From IMG/VR virus record IMGVR_UViG_2854558644_000001: a stretch of DNA of 62,938 nucleotides; one strand, given 5' to 3'. Numbering within the stretch: the stretch's first letter is position 1; each line of letters starts with the position of its first letter. Under the pieces are notes generated by a model. It did no database searches and was not told the origin of the DNA. It saw only the letters and a list, made by a program, of their open reading frames with translations. Positions 49,197-58,322 of the stretch are shown one piece after another. This DNA is from a virus (Duplodnaviria; Heunggongvirae; Uroviricota; Caudoviricetes). Position numbers and translations under genes: made by a program.

Positions 49197-50171
49197 TCAA
49201 TTCAATGTGACAACTTTAGTTTTATTTTCAATAAGATTACCATCTTTATCTTGACAAATTATAGCAAAACCTTCTTTCTGTGGTTTTGATAATCTACCAT
49301 CCATATAATTCATCTTATCAACATAGCAAAAAGCACCTTGTTCTATAAGACGTATATATCCTTTTTTAGAATCTCCAACTGAATGAGTATGTGCCATAAT
49401 AACCGCATCGAAGCCTTCTTTGTCTGTATCTTGCAAATAATCCTTTGCTTTATCACAAGTAGATAAAATTCCCTGTCTAAAGGCTAACGGATGGACAAAC
49501 CATGTTTTTCCGACCTTACATTTCCAGTCATCTATATACTGAATTTTAATATCTTCAAATACATCTTTTAAAGGCTTGTATTCGATTTTAGTCTTACTTT
49601 TCTTATCATAATGCTTAAAACCGTCTACAAAAATTAATTCCAATGAAGTGTCAGGAAGTAATTCAAGTATATCTGTGTCAAGATTTTTTGCAAAATAATT
49701 GGCAAAACGGCGGTCATGATTTCCATAATTGCATATAACTTTCTTAGGATGTATATACTCAATTAAATCAATTAAGTATTGTCTACCTTGTATCATTTCT
49801 TCCATTGGGGAAATTCTGTACTGTTTAGAGAACTTTGACAATGCCTGGCAATCCACTACATCGCCATTTATCTGTAAAATATCAATCTTACCAACATATT
49901 CAGATAAAAGATTTATTGGTAGCTGATAAGGAACATGCATATCACTTACAGATAGAATAGTAGTAGCAACTCCTTCAAATCCATGAATATAATTGTCATA
50001 TTCTATTAGCCCATAAGCTGTCTTTCTTAAATGATCTGCTGAAACATCAAGTCCCAATGTATCTGCAATTTCAGACCAATCTAAGTCAATATCTTTGTTT
50101 AACTTTGCTTTACACAAACGCAGCTTCCATTCAAAAGGTGTTTCATTTTCTAATCTGTTAAAATTATACAA
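49197..50171 (-). CDS. Calcineurin-like metallophosphoesterase
   Basis: SDMH, NGDVVD, GNHD, and AHTH motifs. Confidence 0.85.
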   Translation of the reverse strand: MYNFNRLENETPFEWKLRLCKAKLNKDIDLDWSEIADTLGLDVSADHLRKTAYGLIEYDNYIHGFEGVATTILSVSDMHVPYQLPINLLSEYVGKIDILQINGDVVDCQALSKFSKQYRISPMEEMIQGRQYLIDLIEYIHPKKVICNYGNHDRRFANYFAKNLDTDILELLPDTSLELIFVDGFKHYDKKSKTKIEYKPLKDVFEDIKIQYIDDWKCKVGKTWFVHPLAFRQGILSTCDKAKDYLQDTDKEGFDAVIMAHTHSVGDSKKGYIRLIEQGAFCYVDKMNYMDGRLSKPQKEGFAIICQDKDGNLIENKTKVVTLN

Positions 50172-50187
50172 TTACTCACCAACTCTC

Positions 50188-50415
50188 TTATTCTTCAGAT
50201 TCAGATGGCTCATCAAGTTCATCTTCTTCCTTAATCTTTACATTAAGTTCAACGCCACCGCCATTGAAATCAGCAAATAATGTTGCAAGCTTTTTTACTT
50301 CGCCATCTACATCAATGGTCATATTATCTGTGTCAATGATACCTGCAACTTTCATAGAAGTAGTAGTAGTTTTCTTATAACTAAAATTACTCATTCCTTT
50401 ATTTTCCTTTCTCAA
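50188..50415 (-). CDS. Small acidic protein (YonK-like)
   Basis: About 70 aa, acidic tail, SPbeta-like context. Confidence 0.45.
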   Translation of the reverse strand: MRKENKGMSNFSYKKTTTTSMKVAGIIDTDNMTIDVDGEVKKLATLFADFNGGGVELNVKIKEEDELDEPSESEE

Positions 50416-50442
50416 TTAAAATATGAGAGCAGTAAACTCTCC

Positions 50443-50681
50443 TTATTCATCATCGTCTTCATCATAATATTCAACTTCTTCAGGTACATCAAAACCAATA
50501 CAACTTGTGCCAGCTTGTTCTGAGTCAGCTTGAATATCTTGAATTTCATTATTAAGTTTCATGACTTCCTTACTTAATTTACCCTTTGGAACTTCCAATG
50601 CGACTTGAATTAACTCTGTGACAGAATCAAGTATTGGAAGAAAGCAAACACCAGTAAGAAATCCTAATATATACTTTTCAT
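50443..50681 (-). pseudogene. Small ORF with apparent 1-nt frameshift at its start
   Basis: ATGAAAAG has one A too few to enter the long open frame KYILGFLTGVCFLPIL...EYYDEDDE*. Confidence 0.45.
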
Positions 50682-50694
50682 AGGCATATACCTC

Positions 50695-52134
50695 TTATAA
50701 AGATATTTTTGTCCCTTTGTTCACCGCAACAACTTTTGTAGATTTTAAACAATCAGAGATAGCATCTTCCAAATCATGTTTAAATTCAATTTTATTGGAA
50801 TCACCATGAACAAGAAATATTTTTTCACAATTTATACTTTTATAATAATTAATCAAATCATTTCGTTGCATGTGAGAACTAAAAGAACATAAATCATATA
50901 CCTGACATTTATTTTTATAAGGTTTTCCATTAATATTAATAGTTTTGTGTTCTTTTTCATGCTTGATTTTCCATGCTAAAGTATTTTCACCTGCATATCC
51001 CATAAATAGAATACAATCTGATTCTTTTGGTAAAACACTCTGAACCCATTTTACACTGCGTCCTGCGGTCAACATTCCTGAACTACTTAAAATAACTTTA
51101 GCTCCATTAGAAGAAATTGCAGCTTTACTGTCTTCAGGTGTAATAATTCTTTTGATATTTTTCCAAAACATCATCTCATCAAATAAATCTTTTTTACTAT
51201 TTTCAAGAATGGAAGAGTAACAATCAAGAAGGCGATTTGCTAATGGACTATCAACTAAAATAGGTATTTTAAAATTTTCATCTTTTCCAAATAGGGAATA
51301 TAAAATCCATAAGATATATGGAGTTCTGTCAAGAGAAAATGACGGAATAAGAACTCTTGCATTATTATCAACACAATATTGTTCTATAACAGATTTGATT
51401 TTTTCTATATCTTTTTTGTAAGTTTCTTTGGTACATTGTCTACCTTTGGCTGCATAAGTACATTCACCAATTACAATATTACTTGATGTGACTGGTTGAA
51501 AATCTTCAACAAATATTCTTGAATCTTGAGTAGCAATATTTCCTAAATCACTTGTAAATAAAATTTTTCGTGTGTGAGAATGCCCATTAATATATATCTC
51601 GCATTGTTTAGATAAAAGTATATGTCCAGCATTTGTATATCTAATTGCCAATTCATTAGAAAGATTGGTAATTTTATCAGAATCAATTTCCACAACATAA
51701 TTTAATGCTTTATATACGATATCTTCTGTATAGAATGGTTCATAACATCTGTCATTCTTTAAGTTTAACACTTCTATATCTCTGCAATTTATATAAGAAC
51801 TATCTAACCACATTTCTTTTAAGATAGAAGTAGAACCTTTTGGGACAACAATTTTTGCATTGCATTTTCCACGAGCGTACAGTGTTGGAATCATACCAAT
51901 ATGATCAGCGTGAAGATGTCCAATTATAATATAATCAAGTTCTTGTGGTTTAATTCTTTGAATATATTTCATATTTGCTTTATAATTTTCCAATATAGTA
52001 TGTTCACCTTGAATCATGCCACATTCAAATAAATAACTATGTTCTGGTGTTTTAATAAGAGTAGCACTACCTGTTACATCTTCCGCATTTCCACCAACAA
52101 CTTCTATAGTTATTTCATGTTTTTTCTTTCCGAT
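50695..52134 (-). CDS. Metallo-beta-lactamase / beta-CASP ribonuclease-like protein; probable ATC start
   Basis: HLHADH, AGHILLS, FTSDLG, SSSGMLTAGRS, FSSH; the conserved GGNAEDVTGS...FECG lies upstream of the first ATG (52017). Confidence 0.85.
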   Translation of the reverse strand: MGKKKHEITIEVVGGNAEDVTGSATLIKTPEHSYLFECGMIQGEHTILENYKANMKYIQRIKPQELDYIIIGHLHADHIGMIPTLYARGKCNAKIVVPKGSTSILKEMWLDSSYINCRDIEVLNLKNDRCYEPFYTEDIVYKALNYVVEIDSDKITNLSNELAIRYTNAGHILLSKQCEIYINGHSHTRKILFTSDLGNIATQDSRIFVEDFQPVTSSNIVIGECTYAAKGRQCTKETYKKDIEKIKSVIEQYCVDNNARVLIPSFSLDRTPYILWILYSLFGKDENFKIPILVDSPLANRLLDCYSSILENSKKDLFDEMMFWKNIKRIITPEDSKAAISSNGAKVILSSSGMLTAGRSVKWVQSVLPKESDCILFMGYAGENTLAWKIKHEKEHKTININGKPYKNKCQVYDLCSFSSHMQRNDLINYYKSINCEKIFLVHGDSNKIEFKHDLEDAISDCLKSTKVVAVNKGTKISL

Positions 52135-52166
52135 GGCTTAGACACCACCTTCCTCATATATTTCGC

Positions 52167-52349
52167 CTATTTGACGATTGAATTTTTTCTTAACTTGTAT
52201 AAATCTTTTAGAGCTTTCTTATCTTCAGTGAGGTAATATTTTGGATGAGAACTTTTGCTTTTATGTAATAATTCTTCATTACCAAACTTATAACCTAATT
52301 CCTGTAACTCTACAGATTCTCTCTGAGTAATAAGTATTATATTATTCAC
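52167..52349 (-). CDS. Hypothetical protein
   Basis: 60-aa ORF in operon. Confidence 0.5.
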   Translation of the reverse strand: MNNIILITQRESVELQELGYKFGNEELLHKSKSSHPKYYLTEDKKALKDLYKLRKNSIVK

Positions 52350-52385
52350 GACCTTTACTTTATATTTTCTGCAATAGCAGAATAG

Positions 52386-52458
52386 TTCTGATTGAGAGAC
52401 TCGAACTCACGACATCTTGCTTACAAGGCAAGCGTTCTACCAACTGAACTAAACCAGA
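52386..52458 (-). tRNA. trnT: tRNA-Thr(UGU)
   Basis: CUUGC-CUUGUAA-GCAAG anticodon arm, GUUC/GAAC D-stem, GUUCGAGU; U1-A72 and a T-stem mismatch. Confidence 0.8.
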
Positions 52459-52588
52459 ATAATATCAGTGATTACACCATTATCAAAATAATGTAACCAC
52501 CGATATAAGAAAGAGAGGTTAGCTTATGAGATAAACTTTTAATATTATGTAATGCCCCTATAGGGCAGGATATTAAGAAAAGCTGATT

Positions 52589-52903
52589 TCATTCTAAATT
52601 ATTATGTAATTCTCTAACTTTTTTACGAAAATCATCAGTGAACACTGAAGTAATAGATAAAATAGAATTATTTTTTAAATTAAGATTAGATTTAGATTGT
52701 TCAAGTGGTATATATCTTGAAGTTACTTTTAGTCCAGGAAATATTTTTAATTCAACATATTCATCACTATCACTAAATTTATCCTTTACCACATCACCTA
52801 ACGAATTAAGTACACGAAGTACATCTATTGATGAACAATCAATCCTATTACGAATTTCATTTGCAATATCATTTTGATTATAATATTTTTTTCCTTGTTG
52901 TAT
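52589..52903 (-). CDS. HU-like protein; probable ATA start
   Basis: AAGGAGG, 7 nt, then ATA; frame open for 37 codons upstream of the GTG at 52792 (IQQGKKYYNQNDIANEIRNR...LRVLNSLGDVVKD...LKIFPGLKV). Confidence 0.5.
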   Translation of the reverse strand: MQQGKKYYNQNDIANEIRNRIDCSSIDVLRVLNSLGDVVKDKFSDSDEYVELKIFPGLKVTSRYIPLEQSKSNLNLKNNSILSITSVFTDDFRKKVRELHNNLE

Positions 52904-53035
52904 TGTAATTCCTCCTTTGCTATAATCGCATTTATAGAATTTTACAATAGAGTAGGGCAGTAATCATAAAAGTAATAAGTAGAAAACTACCCTCTCCTAT
53001 GTAACTTTAATTTCGCTCTCATATGAGAACTGTAA

Positions 53036-55903
53036 TTAGCTGTCAATTTCCGAATTTACTTGTTTTTTTGTAATTTTAAACCCAATATTAAATAATTTAA
53101 TATCAGATCCATTACCTTCTAATTGGAGAATTTCATTTTTAGATTGGATAATAGCTTTATTAAAGCTATCATTACCACAAAGATACAAAACTTCTAATAA
53201 AAGATTTTTGATTTGAGAATTTTCTTTATCCTCAAGAGAAGAAAGTAAACGATATAATGTTGAAAAACCAATTGTTTCTGATTCAATATCTGCAATTAAA
53301 TCAACTTTAAGCTTATTTGCTTTATCATTTCGTTCTTCTTTTGAGTCGGAATCAATGGCGAATATATTCTTCCTTTCATTTATGTATTTCTTTAAAATAC
53401 TATAAATTCGATTTATCTGTTTTTGATTTATACTAGATGTCCTAAATAAAGAGTTATCTAATATAGATACAAATGGAAGCCAATCCTTTTTATAAGGATT
53501 CTTAATTTTAAATCCATTAATAATAGTCTGCAAATAATCCATCGAAGTGTGACATTTACAATAATGTTTCTTGTCGGGATTGTAATATCCTTTTTGTTTA
53601 GAGATATGAGAGAAGAAGTGTGGCATACGCTTTTTGCCTCTTACTAATTCGCCTTCTTCATTTTCTTCATATTCACGCACAAACTCATCATACTTTTCAC
53701 GTAACTTGTCTAACTCCTTACCATTGTTGATAATAAATTCTTTCTTTGCTTTATCAATTTCAATTCCAGACATAACATCTAACTGACATATATCATAATA
53801 CAATTCCTTAATATCATCATAAGTAGCACCATGATACATCTTATCCCAAAGTAAAGAATTTAATTCTTGTGATAGATTAACAATTTCACCGATTTTATTT
53901 ACAGATGTTTTAATATCAAGATCTGCCTGTTGTTCAGGTGTATAATATCTTTTAACTTTTGTTGAACTAACAAACGATGTTGGTGTTTTGAATATATGAT
54001 AATTTCTTTTAGCTGCACGAATGAGTTTTTCATTATCTGTTAACATTACTGTATCACTATCAAAATCAGCACCCGATAGTCTCTGCAATACATTTTCTCC
54101 AATAGAATTAATACACACAATCTCATTTGTAAGATTAAGATAACAATCTATCAATTTATTCTCCGTATTATATGGAAGCCAAATGTTTCCAATTGTAACA
54201 TGAGGTGAACGACTAGCAAGAAGAGTTTTGTTATATTCAAAACGTGTACTATGTATGTTGCCAATTCCAATTTGACTTTTTCCTTCAAACTTACCGATTG
54301 ATTGTTGTAGCATTTCTATTGGATTGCCAAGAAGAGTAGAGTAATTACCATTTACATAAATATGTCCATTTTTGAGATTTTTGTAATATGAACGAAGTAA
54401 GTCAATAAGAAATTCTTGATAGTATTTTGTTTTTGTAAAATTATCATTCACACACATTAAGTTATAAACTACATCATTCTTACTACTCATAGGTTTATCC
54501 ATAGGTGACATTTCATCAATATCAGGATATTTAATGTAATAGCGCACAACTTCTGGTCTATCTCTAAGCATTTGTGCAAAGTCGAGTGATTCCTGCAAAA
54601 ATTCCCTTACTTCATCTTTTGACATCTGAAGAGTATTGAGTAATTGATAATGAGTCTGTACCAAACGACCACCAAAGAAGTGAGTTTTCTTATCATGCTT
54701 TACAACACCAAAATCAGAATATAAGTGGTCAAGCCATTCGTCCCATGTACTAAATTTCAAATATTTAATACTGTTAGGTGTGGTAATTAGCTTTACATCT
54801 TCAATGCGTGTAGCTCTTGTTTTACCATTGAGCTGAGATACATCTGTTATATTATTATCTTTGAACCATTGTTGGATATTGCAGTTAAAACAACAAGACT
54901 TGAACATTAGATTTCTAAGCAGAAGCATACCATATTCTGAATAATCACCAAATAATGATATATCCATAAGAGACTGACCATCCCAAATTGTATTTGTGAT
55001 TTTACAATTCTTTTCAGTGGTTTTAAGCCATCCATCTTCATCGTGAGTCTCGATTACATCCTCATTAAATATGCTATCATAGTCATCAATTAAAAGAATA
55101 TTTTCTGGTTTAATTGAAATTGTATCAATAATACTACTAGATGGAAGAGCAATATATCCCTCATATGCAGCTAAGTCAATTGGATCGCCTTGATTGTATT
55201 TAAGACTACCTGAACTGAACTTTAAAATTGATTCATATAAATCTTCTCTGATAAAGAGACATTTACCAACTCTTGCTGAACCAGTAGAACGTTTCATACG
55301 ACAATATTTAATACCATTACATATAAATCCATCTTTATACAACTCAGTTCTAAGTTCTGCATTTGTCTTTATAGTCTTTGGTTCACCCTTTTTGTGATAC
55401 TGAGTTTGAATCTCTTTGACAATAGATTTATCTTTTTTGTCGTAGATGTTTACCTGCTTTTTAACAAATGGTTTTGGTATATCAATCGGATCTTCAATTT
55501 TTTCATTCGTCTTAATCCCAACAATTTCACCTTCGCTATTTTTAGCAATTCCATCTTCAAATGTAAGTTCTCTGTAATCATATCCAAGTCTTACAAAAGT
55601 GTTTTTGTTCATCTGATTCCATTCTTTAACGGAATACTTAAATGTGAGATTAATTACATTCACAGAATAATCGTGCTTTTTAATTCTAAATGAAAAATCA
55701 TGTTTTCTAAATTTCCTATAATAAATATCTTTTAATTCTATAAGATCCAAACTGTAATCAAGTGTATTAATAAATTTTCGTAAATTATACTGTCCATCTT
55801 TGAGTTTTAAATTATATCCTTCTGGATTTTCCTCAATGTAATGTGCTGATAAATAAATATCCTTTGCATCAATAGATGGTATGTAAATTCCTGTATTATC
55901 CAA
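53036..55903 (-). CDS. YonO-like DNA-dependent RNA polymerase (double-psi beta-barrel family)
   Basis: KRSTGSAR, IWDGQSL, LASRSPH and LSGADFDSD catalytic DxDxD; 955 aa; SPbeta-like context. Confidence 0.85.
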   Translation of the reverse strand: MDNTGIYIPSIDAKDIYLSAHYIEENPEGYNLKLKDGQYNLRKFINTLDYSLDLIELKDIYYRKFRKHDFSFRIKKHDYSVNVINLTFKYSVKEWNQMNKNTFVRLGYDYRELTFEDGIAKNSEGEIVGIKTNEKIEDPIDIPKPFVKKQVNIYDKKDKSIVKEIQTQYHKKGEPKTIKTNAELRTELYKDGFICNGIKYCRMKRSTGSARVGKCLFIREDLYESILKFSSGSLKYNQGDPIDLAAYEGYIALPSSSIIDTISIKPENILLIDDYDSIFNEDVIETHDEDGWLKTTEKNCKITNTIWDGQSLMDISLFGDYSEYGMLLLRNLMFKSCCFNCNIQQWFKDNNITDVSQLNGKTRATRIEDVKLITTPNSIKYLKFSTWDEWLDHLYSDFGVVKHDKKTHFFGGRLVQTHYQLLNTLQMSKDEVREFLQESLDFAQMLRDRPEVVRYYIKYPDIDEMSPMDKPMSSKNDVVYNLMCVNDNFTKTKYYQEFLIDLLRSYYKNLKNGHIYVNGNYSTLLGNPIEMLQQSIGKFEGKSQIGIGNIHSTRFEYNKTLLASRSPHVTIGNIWLPYNTENKLIDCYLNLTNEIVCINSIGENVLQRLSGADFDSDTVMLTDNEKLIRAAKRNYHIFKTPTSFVSSTKVKRYYTPEQQADLDIKTSVNKIGEIVNLSQELNSLLWDKMYHGATYDDIKELYYDICQLDVMSGIEIDKAKKEFIINNGKELDKLREKYDEFVREYEENEEGELVRGKKRMPHFFSHISKQKGYYNPDKKHYCKCHTSMDYLQTIINGFKIKNPYKKDWLPFVSILDNSLFRTSSINQKQINRIYSILKKYINERKNIFAIDSDSKEERNDKANKLKVDLIADIESETIGFSTLYRLLSSLEDKENSQIKNLLLEVLYLCGNDSFNKAIIQSKNEILQLEGNGSDIKLFNIGFKITKKQVNSEIDS

Positions 55904-55920
55904 TAGTTATACCTCCATAT

Positions 55921-56136
55921 TTAATCTAAATTCTCCCAAAATTCATTTTCAGAATCATATCCACCATAATCTAAGCTCTCTGCGAATTCATGAGATGATT
56001 TTGTAGATGCTTTGCAATAACATTGCTCCAATTCAGAACATTCTTCACATCTGAAATTGCTGTCAAATTCACATTCCGAAAGTTCATCTATGATCAATTC
56101 TTTCATTTCTTCAACATTGTCAAAATTATTATTCAT
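55921..56136 (-). CDS. Small Cys/acidic protein
   Basis: 71 aa, CEEC...C.C; GGAGGT RBS. Confidence 0.55.
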   Translation of the reverse strand: MNNNFDNVEEMKELIIDELSECEFDSNFRCEECSELEQCYCKASTKSSHEFAESLDYGGYDSENEFWENLD

Positions 56137-56186
56137 ATAAATTTACCTCCACTTATATATTCTCCAAATGAAATTTCTATTTACAA

Positions 56187-56462
56187 TTATTCAAACCACA
56201 CAGGAGCTTTACCTATGTCATATTTCTTGCAAATAAGATACGAACAATATCCGTCTATCAATTCATAATTTCTGTCAATTATAATCTTCCCCAGTTCACC
56301 ATACTTGATGAATGTATTTTCTTTCTTCCTGAATTTTCTGTAATTGGGTGGAGTAGCAAGAAATTCTTCTCTAATTTTAATCTCATTAATTGGAATCCAA
56401 TATTCCTTATTTGAACTGTAATCAATATCAAAAAATATTCTCAGTCTATCAATAATTCTCAT
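56187..56462 (-). CDS. Hypothetical protein (short ParB-like motif LIDGY)
   Basis: GAGGAGG RBS before MRIIDRL. Confidence 0.5.
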   Translation of the reverse strand: MRIIDRLRIFFDIDYSSNKEYWIPINEIKIREEFLATPPNYRKFRKKENTFIKYGELGKIIIDRNYELIDGYCSYLICKKYDIGKAPVWFE

Positions 56463-56718
56463 CTTTATAATCCTCCTCGTCCATTGTTTCGACACGATAT
56501 CCCAACCAATCTATAAGATAATCAGTACATGGAATACAGTCTCTATGTATATATTGTCCTTCTGAATTTCTCAGATAATCTTGTCCACTTAAAATACCCC
56601 CACCACAATAGCAACATAAGTAATTATATTTCTGATGAAAGTTTGGACATCTTGTAAGACAAGGATTATTGCCACAAATGTTGCACATACATATAACCTC
56701 TCTTTTTAATTTATACAT
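56449..56718 (-). CDS. Small zinc-binding protein
   Basis: CNICGNNPC...C...CCYC...HRDC. Confidence 0.55.
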   Translation of the reverse strand: MYKLKREVICMCNICGNNPCLTRCPNFHQKYNYLCCYCGGGILSGQDYLRNSEGQYIHRDCIPCTDYLIDWLGYRVETMDEEDYKDENY

Positions 56719-57122
56719 TCATAGGAATATCCATCGTTGCTTGTATAGTAAATATGTTTTATCCCTAAATCTTTAATCGCTGCCATACAACTTGGACATG
56801 GACGACACATACCAAATTCTCTGTCTAGTCTCGTTCTAAAAATATATAATTTTACTTTTTGGAAATTTATATCCAGATGACGGATAGAATTAAGACAATT
56901 GATTTCAGCATGTAAAGTCGGTTTAATACCATTCTTATTCCATGAATTTCTATATCTGTTATAATATTTTTGAATAGGATGCGTTTTAATTGTATTACAA
57001 CCAATTCCTATTACATTTCCTTGGTAAACGGCTATACACCCTATATGTGTTTTTTTATAATCCGAGATGGTAGCAGCCATTTTAGCTTTTTTAAAATATC
57101 TATAATCTGATTTACTTAACAT
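56706..57122 (-). CDS. Zinc-dependent cytidine/dCMP deaminase-family protein
   Basis: LHAE and RPCPSC catalytic motifs. Confidence 0.85.
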   Translation of the reverse strand: MLSKSDYRYFKKAKMAATISDYKKTHIGCIAVYQGNVIGIGCNTIKTHPIQKYYNRYRNSWNKNGIKPTLHAEINCLNSIRHLDINFQKVKLYIFRTRLDREFGMCRPCPSCMAAIKDLGIKHIYYTSNDGYSYECIN

Positions 57123-57450
57123 TTCTCTCTAACTCAAACATAGCAGTTCCTCTATCAATACAATCAAGCTCATATTTGTATCTGTCTATATATCTCTGAA
57201 TAATTCCTCTTTCTATAAGCATTTCAATATATTTCACTAAATCATTCTTGATTGTTTTTATCTCAGAAGAAAACTCTATTTCAATCTGGTCATCCATAAG
57301 ATCTAAATGGTCAATATCTGTCTGTTTAATGTAGAAAGTGGCTAAGTAAGATTCTTTCTCTTTATTCCATTTTGCTAAAGCAACCACTGTGTAATTATTA
57401 TGTAAGTCTACGCTAATACCAACATTAGCAATAATTTCGTATCTAAGCAT
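57112..57450 (-). CDS. Hypothetical protein
   Basis: 112 aa, GGAGG RBS. Confidence 0.6.
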   Translation of the reverse strand: MLRYEIIANVGISVDLHNNYTVVALAKWNKEKESYLATFYIKQTDIDHLDLMDDQIEIEFSSEIKTIKNDLVKYIEMLIERGIIQRYIDRYKYELDCIDRGTAMFELERNVK

Positions 57451-57694
57451 GTACTGCTTCCTCCTTTAAATTTTGTCTTTCTTCACAAGCCTTAAGCTTT
57501 TTATTATAATCTCTAGTTATACATTCTCTCTTTTTTGTCTCGTCAAACTTAAAATCTGCAGCTATACGACTGGCAATATTTAAATCGCAACCACCGAAAT
57601 CCGCTTCTGATAACTTGGGATAGCATACAAGCTTGTTCTTTCTCTTAAGTTCCATTGTTCTTCTTGCTACATGTCTTTCTGTTTCCTTCGTCAT
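57443..57694 (-). CDS. Hypothetical protein
   Basis: 83 aa, AGGAGA RBS. Confidence 0.55.
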   Translation of the reverse strand: MTKETERHVARRTMELKRKNKLVCYPKLSEADFGGCDLNIASRIAADFKFDETKKRECITRDYNKKLKACEERQNLKEEAVHA

Positions 57695-57995
57695 AAATAT
57701 TTGTTCTCCTTGTTAAATAAAATTTTTTATTCATATCATTCATCGCTCCTTTATAGTGTGTGTGATATGGTTTATGTGTTACTTTTATATATTCCCTTAT
57801 TGCAAAAGGGTTTGTTCTAATTCACTGATATGGTATAATCATTAAGATGTGTATATACACTTGTAACTCATTAACTAAAGTCACGACTGATTCTTATATC
57901 AGGTACGGAGGTGTGATTATGCACATTAAAAATAGTGAAATCTATAATCTTTCCTATTTTAATAGTGTCTTATTATGAAAGGAGGATTGTAGATA

Positions 57996-58157
57996 TTGCT
58001 AATCATTATTCTTACACCAGCTGTTATAATCGCAGTTTTGAATCTTGTTAAATATTGTGTCAAGTGTTTTACACAGTATAAAGAATTGAAGCTACTTGTA
58101 ACTTCAGGAAAAGAACGTGTCGCCATCACGAAAAATGGCATATCATATAAGAAATAG
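57996..58157 (+). CDS. 53-aa membrane peptide (not in ORF track), possible type I toxin
   Basis: GAAAGGAGG RBS, TTG start, hydrophobic N-terminus and Lys-rich C-terminus. Confidence 0.45.
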   Translation: MLIIILTPAVIIAVLNLVKYCVKCFTQYKELKLLVTSGKERVAITKNGISYKK

Positions 58158-58322
58158 GATATAGTAGGTACGTGAATTACTATTGTATTCATTTCTTATA
58201 GTAACTTTTTAACAATAATTTACCAGTGAATTAGAAGCCTCACTGCAAATTAGAGCGTTTAGTGTAACGCTCATTGCGCAAATTTATGGTAAAGAGATAT
58301 TGTCGTAAGTGGCAGTATCTCT

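Noticed and set aside
42451-55903. Inteins or further introns in terminase, portal or RNA polymerase
   Set aside because: ORFs are continuous, of plausible length, with no intein C-terminal HN motif or group I core visible.
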